DNA of 64,000 bases from NCBI GenBank assembly GCA_963716395.1, contig OY970309.1:576001-640000 (forward strand), written 5' to 3'. The DNA comes from an uncultured Fibrobacteria bacterium (GTDB lineage Bacteria; Fibrobacterota; Fibrobacteria; UBA11236). Shown here one piece after another: positions 1 through 8,901 of the stretch (positions are counted from its first letter, which is position 1; each line of letters opens with the position of its first letter). The notes beneath the pieces were generated by a model, which was given only the letters and a program-made list of their open reading frames with translations, had not been told where the DNA came from and ran no database searches. The position numbers and the translations under genes are program-made.

Positions 1-1
1 G

Positions 2-1933
2 TTCGAGAACCGGCTCAAGGGCGTGATTAAAGAAGTGAAGTCTTCACCCAAGCCGGTGATTCTGTTCATCGACGAAACCCACACCATCATCGGCGCGGGC
101 GGCGAGGCGGGCCAGAACGACGCGGCCAATCTGCTCAAACCCGAAATGGCGCGGGGCGAATTGAAAATCATCGGCGCCACCACCCTGACCGAGTTCCGCA
201 AGTACTTCGAGAAAGACCCGGCCATGGCCCGGCGCTTCCAAATGGTGCGGGTCGAAGAGCCCACTCCCGAAACCGCGGCCGTGATGCTGCGCGGGTTACG
301 CGGACGTTACGAGGCTTTCCACGGCGTCAAGATCACCTACGAAGGCATCAAGTCGGCCTGCGAGCTGTCGAATAAGTTCATCGCCGGACGGCAATTGCCG
401 GACAAGGCCGTGGATTTGCTCGACACCGCCGCGGCGCGCGTCAAAATGGGCCTCACCTCGAAGCCAGCCGCCTTGGTGAACCTGGAGCAGGCCATCGAGA
501 ATTTGAACATCGAAATCGTAGCCCTGGAAAAAGACGAGGCCACGGGCGCGCTCATGAATATCGAAGCCCTGACCCATGCGCGCGAGAAGCTGGAAAGCGC
601 CAAGGTGCAAACCGCGGAGCTGACGGGGCAATGGGAAAAGGAATTGGGCGCGGTGAAGGCCATCATCGCGCAGCAGGACAAACTCGAAGCCGCCAAGAAA
701 CCCGCCGCGGGCCAGGCCGTCGACGCCGACGACGTGGCGCGTCTGCGCGCCGAATTGGATCAGCAGTGGAAAGGCTTGGAAGAGTTGCAGGGCGAAACCC
801 CGCTGGTGCATGCGCATGTGGGCCCGGCCGTGGTGGCGCAAATCATCTCGGAATGGACGGGCATTCCCGCCGGCAACATGCTGAAGAACGAAGCCCAGTC
901 TCTGCTCGACCTGGAAAAAACCATCGTGGAGCGCGTGGTGGGCCAGGATGAAAGCGTGGCCGAAATCGCGGCTTCGCTGCGCGCGGCCAAGCTCGGGCTC
1001 ACGCCGCCGGAAAAGCCGCTGGGCGTGTTTCTGGTCACCGGCCCTTCGGGCGTGGGCAAAACCGAGGTGGCCATGACCATCGCCGACATCCTCTTCGGCG
1101 GCGAGAAAAACGTGGTCACCATCAACATGTCCGAATACCAGGACAGTATGTCGGTGACCCAGCTCAAAGGCGCCAGCGCCGGCTACGTGGGCTATGGTGA
1201 CGGCGGCGTGCTCACCGAAGGGGTGCGCAAACGGCCCTATACCGTGGTGGTGCTCGACGAGGTGGAAAAGGCGCACAAAGACGTGCTCAACATGTTCTAC
1301 CAGGTGTTCGACAAAGGCTCGCTGCGCGACGGCGAAGGCCGCGACATCAATTTCCGCAACACGGTCATCCTCATGACCAGCAATCTGGGCCTGAACACCA
1401 TTACCGATCTCTGGAATGCGGGTCAGGCGGAAAACCTCGATCAGGTTCGCGCAGCCATTTTGCAGGAGCTCACCGATCATTTCCAGCCCGCCCTGCTGGC
1501 CCGCTGCAAGGTCGTGCCTTTTCTGCCGCTGGGCCCCGATCACCTTAGCCGCATCGTGGTGCTCAAGCTGATGAAGCTGGGGAAGCGGCTCATGGAGCGG
1601 CATAAGCTGGCCTTTGCCGTGGCGCCAGACGTCGTCAAGCAAATCGTGAATCTCTGCACGGTGGCGCAAAGCGGCGCCCGCAACATCGACAACATTCTCG
1701 ATCAGCGCCTCATGCCCGAAATTTCGCGGCAATTGCTGGGCGCCATGGCCGAAGGCAAGACCTACACCCATCTTTTCGTCAGCGGCGACGGCCAAGACGA
1801 TTTTACCCTCAACTTTTCCCAAGGCGATTTTGAAATGCCCCCGGAAGCCGAAAGCGAGGGCGAATCCGCGGGCGAAGAGCCCATGTCCGCCGCCGCCGAG
1901 CAACCGGCCGAAACCGCCGAATCGTCGGCTTGA
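2..1933 (+). CDS. tssH: Type VI secretion system AAA+ ATPase ClpV/TssH (5'-truncated by window edge)
   Basis: The frame is open from base 2 (FENRLKGVIKEV). It has ClpV-like motifs IGAGGEAGQNDAANLLKP, RQLPDKAVDLLDTA, Walker A GPSGVGKTE, GYVGYGDGGVLTE and FYQVFDKGSLRDGEGRDINFRNT. Confidence 0.8.
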   Translation, partial: FENRLKGVIKEVKSSPKPVILFIDETHTIIGAGGEAGQNDAANLLKPEMARGELKIIGATTLTEFRKYFEKDPAMARRFQMVRVEEPTPETAAVMLRGLRGRYEAFHGVKITYEGIKSACELSNKFIAGRQLPDKAVDLLDTAAARVKMGLTSKPAALVNLEQAIENLNIEIVALEKDEATGALMNIEALTHAREKLESAKVQTAELTGQWEKELGAVKAIIAQQDKLEAAKKPAAGQAVDADDVARLRAELDQQWKGLEELQGETPLVHAHVGPAVVAQIISEWTGIPAGNMLKNEAQSLLDLEKTIVERVVGQDESVAEIAASLRAAKLGLTPPEKPLGVFLVTGPSGVGKTEVAMTIADILFGGEKNVVTINMSEYQDSMSVTQLKGASAGYVGYGDGGVLTEGVRKRPYTVVVLDEVEKAHKDVLNMFYQVFDKGSLRDGEGRDINFRNTVILMTSNLGLNTITDLWNAGQAENLDQVRAAILQELTDHFQPALLARCKVVPFLPLGPDHLSRIVVLKLMKLGKRLMERHKLAFAVAPDVVKQIVNLCTVAQSGARNIDNILDQRLMPEISRQLLGAMAEGKTYTHLFVSGDGQDDFTLNFSQGDFEMPPEAESEGESAGEEPMSAAAEQPAETAESSA

Positions 1934-1972
1934 TCGCCGCGGTCAAACCCGACCCGCGAAACTAGGTTTTGC

Positions 1973-2605
1973 ATGATGCGGAACGTCTTGCTGCTCGTTC
2001 TCCTTGCCTTGACCGGCAAGGTCGCGGCAGCTTCCGCCGGAGGTGGAGATCCGCTCGATACCACCAAGGTCAAAGCCCTGTATCTGGCCGGCGACTTCGA
2101 TCAAGACATCAAATGGATTGCATCCCGTTTTGAAAGCCCCACTCCCATCACCCATGTCGACAGTGCCTTCGGTTTGAAGTATTTGGGTGTGATGCGGGCG
2201 GCCAATGATCAGACCTGGGAAAAAGGAAAGAACGATTTGCGTCGCATGCTCGCCCTCGACCCTTCGGCCACCATCGACGCCCTGGGCGCCAGCGACCGCA
2301 TCAACGCCATGTTCCATGATTTGCAGCTTGAAGCCAAGGTGCCTCCCCATCCGCTTCCTGCCGCGGCCAACCAAACCGCCTCGGCGGGAAACATGACGCC
2401 CGCGGATTCGGCCGCCACCGCCGCGTCCCAAGCCCAGGCCCGAAATCCGCACGCTGCGGGATCGGAGACCACCCAACGGCCTTCGCGGACCTGGATGTGG
2501 GTGGCCGGCGGCGCCGGCACGGTGGCCCTGGGAACAGCCTTGGTGCTGTGGGTGTCCTCCGGCGGCACTTCGATCGTAACGCAAAGCATCAAAGTCGGTA
2601 ACTGA
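1973..2605 (+). CDS. Hypothetical exported protein: signal peptide, short helical (TPR-like) domain, Ala/Pro linker, C-terminal TM helix
   Basis: Hydrophobic N-terminus MRNVLLLVLLALTGKVAAA and C-terminal WMWVAGGAGTVALGTALVLWV. Confidence 0.65.
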   Translation: MMRNVLLLVLLALTGKVAAASAGGGDPLDTTKVKALYLAGDFDQDIKWIASRFESPTPITHVDSAFGLKYLGVMRAANDQTWEKGKNDLRRMLALDPSATIDALGASDRINAMFHDLQLEAKVPPHPLPAAANQTASAGNMTPADSAATAASQAQARNPHAAGSETTQRPSRTWMWVAGGAGTVALGTALVLWVSSGGTSIVTQSIKVGN

Positions 2606-2627
2606 AAGAATCGGGTTGCCGCTGACT

Positions 2628-4844
2628 ATGAAAACCTTCGGAATCTTGCTGGCCGCCCTCTGGGTGGGATGGTTATGCAACGGCTGCATGACCGGAAACC
2701 AAAAAATCGAACGCACCATCAATTGGAAGCTGAGCGACTCGATGGTCAGCTATGACAGCGTGGTCATCACCCTGACCGACACGGGAAAAACCGTGGTATA
2801 CGACACCATTCAAAACGGCAAGCTGAACAATCCCTCTTCCCTCGCGCCTTACACGGTGCCCGACAGCATTCCGGCGAACTTCCGGGTGCAAATTTTCGGA
2901 TTGGACGCGCAGGGTGACACCTTGTATGCGTCTTCGTTCCTGGTGAACGCCGATGGGAAAATCGTGTCGCAATCCCCTTCTCTTTCGCAATTACTGCCGA
3001 CCGGTTTGAGCTTTTCCGCGGGCACCTTGGTTCCGGGCTTCTCGCCTTTGACTTCGAATTACAACCTGCTGGCACCGTACAGTGCCTCATCCCTCTCGGT
3101 GACGGCTACGGCCGATTCGTCGGTGCTTCTGCTCTGGAACGGCGATACCTTGCGCTCCGATGTCTCCGCCGGCTTTTCGGTGCCGGTTGGCACCACAAAT
3201 TTCATGCTGACCCTGGCGGCGAAGGACGGCAGCGCCGAGAACCGCATCACCATCAAGGTGCAGCGCGCGGCGGGCAGCGAGGCCCGGCTGCAATCCCTGG
3301 CCGTCGGTGCGGCGGGACTGTCGCCGACGTTCAATCCCGACAGCCTCAGCTACGCTTTGGTGCTGCCCGCCGACTCGGATTCGGTGGCCTTCGCTCCCGC
3401 GACCATGGATTCGAGCGCCGTCCTTCGCGTCACACTCGACAGTACCGCGCTCGCGCCGCAAAACGGCGGCTACGAGGTTTTGGTGCCGGCCACCGGCACG
3501 GTAACGCTGCGGTTCAAAGTGACGTCCGCCGATCAAACGACTACCAAGACCTATGTCATTGCGGTATCGCGCGCGGCCAGCAATGACGCCTCGCTGTCAA
3601 ACCTCGGCCTCTCCCAAGGCCCGCTGATTCCGACCTTTGACCCCGTCCTGAACACCTATTACGCCACCGTCGACACCAACAGCATTGCCCTGACCGCGAC
3701 GGCCCGGCATGCCTTGGCCCAAATCACGGTGAACAACAATCCGGTGACCTCGGGTGTGGCTTCCAGACCCATCGCCCTTCTGGTGGGCCAAAATCCCATC
3801 GTCGTGGCCGTGACCGCGCCCGACGGCAAAACCAAAACCGCCTATACCGTCACCGTTGAGCGGGTTTCCAACAACGCCCTGCTTACCAATCTCGCGCTGG
3901 ACTCGGCGTCGCTCGACAGCACCTTTCTTCCCAACCGCTTTTCCTATCGGGTCACCGTACCGCGCGTAAAATCGAGCCTGCGGCTTACCGCCCAGGCCGC
4001 CGACGCCAACGCCACGGTGTCGGTGTCTTTGGATAGCGTCACCTACACGGGTACGGCGGGCGTCTACGATTTTCCCCTGCAAGTGGGAGACAACCTGGTT
4101 CAGATCAAGGTGGTCGCGGCCAGCGGCGATGTGGATCTGTACAACCTGCTGGTGACGCGCACGCCTTCGGCCAACGACACTCTGAAACAGATGTACTTCA
4201 ACAAAAACAACAGCCTGACCCCCCAAATCCTCTTGAATCCCATTCCCAATGCGTTCTATACCGACACGCTGGCGTATACCGACAGCGTGCTCAACTTCGG
4301 CCCCGAGCCGCAAGATTCCAATGCCCTGGTGGTCATGAATTACCAGCAACCCGCCATCGTGGGCCAGGATACGATTTACCTGCCGCTGGAAACCGATTCG
4401 CTGCCCGGCGGCGGAACCGTAAACCTGCGGCCGCCCCCGGGGCCATCCGTGATTAGCGCCACGGTTATCGCCGAAAACCGCGTCGCGAAATTGACCTACA
4501 CCATTCGCGTTTTCCACCGCTACAGCAACATCGCCAGTCTCTCCCATCTCGAATTGATGGGCGCGAATTTCGACAACAACGACACCCTGCTGACTTTAAC
4601 CCCGAGTTTTGCGTACAACGTTCTATCCTACTCGGCGACGACATTTGGAGATTCCGTGCAAGTGCGGCCCACCACGTCCGACAGCTCGGCTAAGGTGACG
4701 GTGAATGGGGCGCCGGTGCCGTCGGGAACCTTGTCGGCGTCCATCGCCTACCCCGCCTACATCAGCATCAAAATCGTGGTGACGGCCCAGGATAAAACCA
4801 CGACCGAAACCTATTCGCTTGCGGTGGGCAAAATCGCTTTCTGA
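2628..4844 (+). CDS. Lipoprotein with multiple cadherin-like beta-sandwich domains
   Basis: Lipobox-like LCNGC. Repeated units such as SNDASLSNL..Lx[33 protein letters not shown] are typical of cadherin-like repeats. Confidence 0.8.
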   Translation: MKTFGILLAALWVGWLCNGCMTGNQKIERTINWKLSDSMVSYDSVVITLTDTGKTVVYDTIQNGKLNNPSSLAPYTVPDSIPANFRVQIFGLDAQGDTLYASSFLVNADGKIVSQSPSLSQLLPTGLSFSAGTLVPGFSPLTSNYNLLAPYSASSLSVTATADSSVLLLWNGDTLRSDVSAGFSVPVGTTNFMLTLAAKDGSAENRITIKVQRAAGSEARLQSLAVGAAGLSPTFNPDSLSYALVLPADSDSVAFAPATMDSSAVLRVTLDSTALAPQNGGYEVLVPATGTVTLRFKVTSADQTTTKTYVIAVSRAASNDASLSNLGLSQGPLIPTFDPVLNTYYATVDTNSIALTATARHALAQITVNNNPVTSGVASRPIALLVGQNPIVVAVTAPDGKTKTAYTVTVERVSNNALLTNLALDSASLDSTFLPNRFSYRVTVPRVKSSLRLTAQAADANATVSVSLDSVTYTGTAGVYDFPLQVGDNLVQIKVVAASGDVDLYNLLVTRTPSANDTLKQMYFNKNNSLTPQILLNPIPNAFYTDTLAYTDSVLNFGPEPQDSNALVVMNYQQPAIVGQDTIYLPLETDSLPGGGTVNLRPPPGPSVISATVIAENRVAKLTYTIRVFHRYSNIASLSHLELMGANFDNNDTLLTLTPSFAYNVLSYSATTFGDSVQVRPTTSDSSAKVTVNGAPVPSGTLSASIAYPAYISIKIVVTAQDKTTTETYSLAVGKIAF

Positions 4845-4906
4845 AAAGACGACGCCGGCGGCTCGGCCGTCGTAAGGATTTACTTTTCCCGATCAATCGG
4901 ATCGTC

Positions 4907-5944
4907 ATGCGCATTGAAATCCAGGAAGTGACCAAGCGGTTCGAGTCGACCCAGGCCCTCGACCGCGTCTCGCTCGAAATTCCCCATGGCGAATTGGTGG
5001 CTTTGCTGGGCCCTTCGGGCTGCGGCAAGACGACCCTCTTGCGCATCATCGCGGGACTCGAAGCGCCTGACGCCGGCGAAGTGCGCCTTGACGGCGGGCG
5101 GGCCGGCGACCTGGCCGTGCACGAGCGCCGGATCGGCTTCGTGTTCCAACATTACGCCCTGTTCCGCCACATGAGCGTGCGCGACAATATCGGATTTTCC
5201 CTGCGCATGCAGAAACGGCCCAAAGACGAAATCCGCGAGCGGGTCGACGCCTTGCTGAAATTGATCCAACTCCAGGGTATGGCCGAGCGCTTTCCGGCAC
5301 AACTCTCCGGCGGTCAGAAACAGCGCGTGGCCTTGGCGCGCGCGCTGGCCGCGCGTCCTTCGGTGCTGCTGCTCGACGAGCCCTTCGGCGCGCTGGATGC
5401 CCAGGTGCGCCAGGATTTGCGCCGCTGGCTGCGCAATTTGCACGACGAGATTCGCATCACGTCGGTGTTCGTAACCCACGATCAGGACGAAGCCTTCGAA
5501 GTCTCGGATCGCGTCGTCATTCTCAACCGCGGCCGCGTCGAGCAAATCGGATCGCCCGAAGACATCTTCCATCATCCGGCCAACGCCTTTGTCATGAATT
5601 TTCTGGGCAACGTGAACATCTTCCATACCCGCCTTGAAGCCGGAGTTCCCGGGCATTTGGAGCTGGCGCCGCCGCAAACCCCGGGCGCGCAGGCGGTGTT
5701 CGTGCGGCCGCATGATCTGTCGCTCAAACCCTTCCGCGAAAACCCCGCCTCCATCCCGGGAGTCATCGCGCACGTGCGTACCGTGGGGCTTTCCACACGC
5801 GTGAGCCTGACCGTTCCCGGCGGCACACAACTGCAAGTGGAAATTTCCGCGGAGGAATTTCAGACCCTGGGTTTGAAAAAAGGCGATGCGGCCTTTGCGA
5901 CCCCGAAAGAGGTCAAGGTCTTCAACGACGATTATTCGATTTGA
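4907..5944 (+). CDS. cysA: Sulfate/thiosulfate ABC transporter ATP-binding protein
   Basis: [53 protein letters not shown], and a C-terminal TOBE-like domain. Confidence 0.85.
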   Translation: MRIEIQEVTKRFESTQALDRVSLEIPHGELVALLGPSGCGKTTLLRIIAGLEAPDAGEVRLDGGRAGDLAVHERRIGFVFQHYALFRHMSVRDNIGFSLRMQKRPKDEIRERVDALLKLIQLQGMAERFPAQLSGGQKQRVALARALAARPSVLLLDEPFGALDAQVRQDLRRWLRNLHDEIRITSVFVTHDQDEAFEVSDRVVILNRGRVEQIGSPEDIFHHPANAFVMNFLGNVNIFHTRLEAGVPGHLELAPPQTPGAQAVFVRPHDLSLKPFRENPASIPGVIAHVRTVGLSTRVSLTVPGGTQLQVEISAEEFQTLGLKKGDAAFATPKEVKVFNDDYSI

Positions 5945-6007
5945 GCAACGCCCGTCGGCTGCACGCGGGGGATGCCATCGCCGGGCGAAGAATCGATCCG
6001 CCGAAGG

Positions 6008-6013
6008 TATAAT
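6008..6013 (+). promoter_or_regulatory. -10 box TATAAT 6 nt before the pilD ATG (leaderless arrangement)
   Basis: GGTATAAT-tgtccc-ATG with no SD sequence. Confidence 0.55.
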
Positions 6014-6019
6014 TGTCCC

Positions 6020-6823
6020 ATGCCGCTTTCCGCCTGGCCCCACCCCTTTGTGATCGCGGTAGCCGCCGTGGTCGGATCCATGCTCGGATCTTTTTTCAAC
6101 GTGGTGATTTACCGCGTGCCCCGCGGCGAGTCGATCGTATTTCCGGCTTCGCGCTGTCCGCAATGCGGGCATCGCATCCGCCCCTGGGAAAACCTTCCCG
6201 TCTTGTCTTGGCTGTGGCTGCGGGGCCGCTGCTCGCAATGCCGCGCCCGCATCAGCGCGCAGTACCCGCTCGTTGAAGCCGCCACCGGATTGTGGGCCGC
6301 GCTGCTCGTCGGGGATCTGCTCCGCCATCCCCAACCGCCGGGATCGGCCGCGGCCTATTTGTACTTCGCGCTCTGCGCCTTGCCCATCACCCTCGTCGAC
6401 CTGCGCCATTACCTGATTCCCGACGCCTTGACCTTGCCCGGAATTTTGATCGCCTTCGCGCTGGCCTTTCTTCCCGGCGGGCTCACGCCCTGGCAAGCCT
6501 TGGCCGGCGGCTTCTGCGCCGGCTTGGCGCTGTGGGCCGTGGGCGCGGTGTCGACGCGCCTTTTGAAAAAAGAAGCCATGGGTTTCGGCGACGTGAAATT
6601 GCTGGCCTTGGCCGGCGCCTGCTTCGGGTGGAAAGCCGCCCTCTTAGGGCTGGGAGTCGCTTCGGTGCTGGGCACTTTGGTCGGCCTGCCGCTTCTCCTC
6701 GCGCGTCGGTTGAATGCGGAGCGCCATATTCCCTTCGGCCCCTTTCTGTGCGCAGGCGTGCTGCTGGCCGCCCGCTTCAGCGGCCCCCTGGTGAACTGGT
6801 ATTTGCATTTCGGCCTACCCTGA
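6020..6823 (+). CDS. pilD: Prepilin peptidase / N-methyltransferase (A24 family)
   Basis: GSFFNVVIYRVP, CPQC..ENLPVLSW...CSQC, MGFGDVKL, IPFGPFL. Confidence 0.9.
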   Translation: MPLSAWPHPFVIAVAAVVGSMLGSFFNVVIYRVPRGESIVFPASRCPQCGHRIRPWENLPVLSWLWLRGRCSQCRARISAQYPLVEAATGLWAALLVGDLLRHPQPPGSAAAYLYFALCALPITLVDLRHYLIPDALTLPGILIAFALAFLPGGLTPWQALAGGFCAGLALWAVGAVSTRLLKKEAMGFGDVKLLALAGACFGWKAALLGLGVASVLGTLVGLPLLLARRLNAERHIPFGPFLCAGVLLAARFSGPLVNWYLHFGLP

Positions 6824-6856
6824 GGCCGGGGCGCGCTTTTCAACCATTTATAGCGC

Positions 6857-6887
6857 AAAAAAAAGACGGCGGACGGATCCGCCGTCT
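6857..6887 (-). terminator. Rho-independent terminator after DS-repeat lipoprotein 1
   Basis: Stem AGACGGCGGA/TCCGCCGTCT followed by a T8 tract on the minus strand. Confidence 0.85.
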
Positions 6888-6913
6888 CAATTCCGGATTT
6901 GCAATCCCTGCTG

Positions 6914-7393
6914 CTACCGGCGGAACCGGCGGTAAAAGCGGTGGAATCCGCCATGAAACCTGAACAGCGAGGAATCGGCCGTTGTATCCATTTTCCAATT
7001 CGCGGCAATCGAATCCCGGGCATGGAAAAGCGAATCCAACACCGAATCGCGGTGGGCCTTGCGCAGCGCCAGTACCGAATCCATTTTCTCCCGGCGCGCG
7101 GCCCGAATGGAATCCATTCCGCTCGACTGCATTATCGAGTCGAGAAGATGCCGATCCACCGCCAGCACCGAATCCATATTATGCCGGATCCTCATCAGCG
7201 TCGAGTCGACGCCGGTGGGAACCGCACCCGAGTCGGACGAGTCGGAAGCCACCCGGGCCGAGGCGCTGTTGGCCGTCGGCGCATACGACGAGGGCGAACC
7301 GTCGTTCCCCATGCATCCCACCATGGCGCCGGACAGCGCCAGGCCGCCCAGAACGGTCATCGCTTTCCAAGATTTCCAAGCTTGCAAATTCAT
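6914..7393 (-). CDS. Small lipoprotein with periodic D-S/T repeats (paralog 1)
   Basis: Lipobox MVGC, purine-rich SD upstream, own terminator, and paralogy to 7648-8313. Confidence 0.75.
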   Translation of the reverse strand: MNLQAWKSWKAMTVLGGLALSGAMVGCMGNDGSPSSYAPTANSASARVASDSSDSGAVPTGVDSTLMRIRHNMDSVLAVDRHLLDSIMQSSGMDSIRAARREKMDSVLALRKAHRDSVLDSLFHARDSIAANWKMDTTADSSLFRFHGGFHRFYRRFRR

Positions 7394-7595
7394 AACACTC
7401 CCCCCTTCTTTATTTGCTGCGGATTTTTCCTTCTCCCACTCACCTGCGGAACCATCATGGATTTTCGTTGCAGGTTCAGGGGAGTAATATACCCCAGGAG
7501 TAAATGAAAGTCGATGTAAACAATATTTCCGCAGGGAACGTCGTTACCTTGTTGCGCGGCGATCGGGTGCCGCGCGGATCCAATCCCGAAGGGGC

Positions 7596-7627
7596 AAAAA
7601 AAAGACGGCGGATGAATCCGCCGTCTT
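7596..7627 (-). terminator. Rho-independent terminator after DS-repeat lipoprotein 2
   Basis: Stem AAGACGGCGGA/TCCGCCGTCTT plus T8 tract on the minus strand, nearly identical to 6857-6887. Confidence 0.85.
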
Positions 7628-7647
7628 CTGTTTATGAAGCGCTGCTC

Positions 7648-8313
7648 TCAGCGATGGAAGGGAGGGGGAAACCCGCCGCCCATGCCCATGCCGAACCGCA
7701 GGGTGTCCAGAGTCGAATCGGCTTTATACTTGGCTTCGATGGAGTCGCGTATCTTCGCCGCGTTCGCCCAGATCGAATCGAGGTTGACGTTCGTCCACAT
7801 CGAATCGGGATGGGTGGTCCAGGCCGAATCGGGATGGCTGGCCCAAACCGAATCCAGTTTGACCTTCCAATGCACCAACACCGAATCCATCATGCTACGC
7901 GCTGCCGCCGAGTCGAAGTCATGACGACTTTTCGCCCAAGCCGAATCGAGTTTGAACGCGGTGTCGGTTGAATCGATGTCGTGGTGGATTTTCGACAGCG
8001 CCGAGTCGAGCTTGCCGGTATGCGCGGCCCAAGCCGAATCGGTATCGCACTTCATTCCCACCGAATCCATGCCGTGATGGCCCTGGACCAACACCGAATC
8101 CAGAAAATGACGGCTATCGGTGAAGATCGAGTCCATGTTGTGATGGGCCCGGGTCGTATCGGCGACCATGAGGGCCGACGTCGAAGCGGCATTCGAATTC
8201 GGCGAAAAGGTCGCCGCGGTTGGGCTGTCAGTTCCCATACATCCAATTACGGAGCTCACAATGATGAGTCCTCCGCCCCAAATCGCCAGTGGTTTCCATG
8301 CTTTCCCGTTCAT
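7648..8313 (-). CDS. Small lipoprotein with periodic D-S/T repeats (paralog 2)
   Basis: Start MNGKAWKP at 8313 with an AGGGG SD, lipobox VIGC, and 21 of 23 Asp followed by S/T. Confidence 0.75.
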   Translation of the reverse strand: MNGKAWKPLAIWGGGLIIVSSVIGCMGTDSPTAATFSPNSNAASTSALMVADTTRAHHNMDSIFTDSRHFLDSVLVQGHHGMDSVGMKCDTDSAWAAHTGKLDSALSKIHHDIDSTDTAFKLDSAWAKSRHDFDSAAARSMMDSVLVHWKVKLDSVWASHPDSAWTTHPDSMWTNVNLDSIWANAAKIRDSIEAKYKADSTLDTLRFGMGMGGGFPPPFHR

Positions 8314-8901
8314 CTCTTTTCCCCTTTGTTTCTTTGGTTGTGAATCATACGCCGGCGTCGTGATTCTCTCTAGGCTTGACGCCTTGCGGAATAATTTACG
8401 CATGGCATTAGTTTCAAGCGAGAGGTTTTGATCAATATTTTTCCGCGCCCGCTCACCTGCACCTTTGCGTTCACCCCGCTGTACCAAAGCGTACGCCGTT
8501 CGCTTTCAAATTCGGAAAATCGAACAAGAATCCGGCTTGTGGGTCGCCTCAAAACCGCATCACGAAACACGTCGGCAACCTTGCGGATTTCGAAGGACAT
8601 GCGAATGATGCCCGGCCCCGAAATAAAAATTTTTCATGCCGCCCGATCGCGACTACCCTCGCATGGGAAACATACGTGATACCTTCGGAATTTTCCCCGG
8701 CGATCCGAAACGAAGATCGCCTCCGCGCCTTGGGGCAGTCATCCGCCGCGCCTCGACGGTCCGTGACCTTGAAATCTCTCCGCCCGGCTTGTTTCAAAAT
8801 CGTGACTAAATCGGAGCTTTTTTCTACCTTCGCAGCCTTATCAATTAAAATAAGCGCCTCCAGGCGCTTGCCTCCCAGAACAGCCGGATCGGGGATTCAG
8901 C

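Noticed and set aside
7700-8150. Recurring CCGAATC/CGAGTC words suggesting a DNA repeat array or protein-binding sites
   Set aside because: They are the reverse complement of Asp-Ser codons (GATTCG/GACTCG) in the lipoprotein, and synonymous variation points to selection at protein level.
8314-8901. Intergenic region of about 590 nt as a riboswitch, sRNA or small ORFs
   Set aside because: I could not recognise any aptamer consensus or convincing ORF. It is explained as a divergent promoter region.
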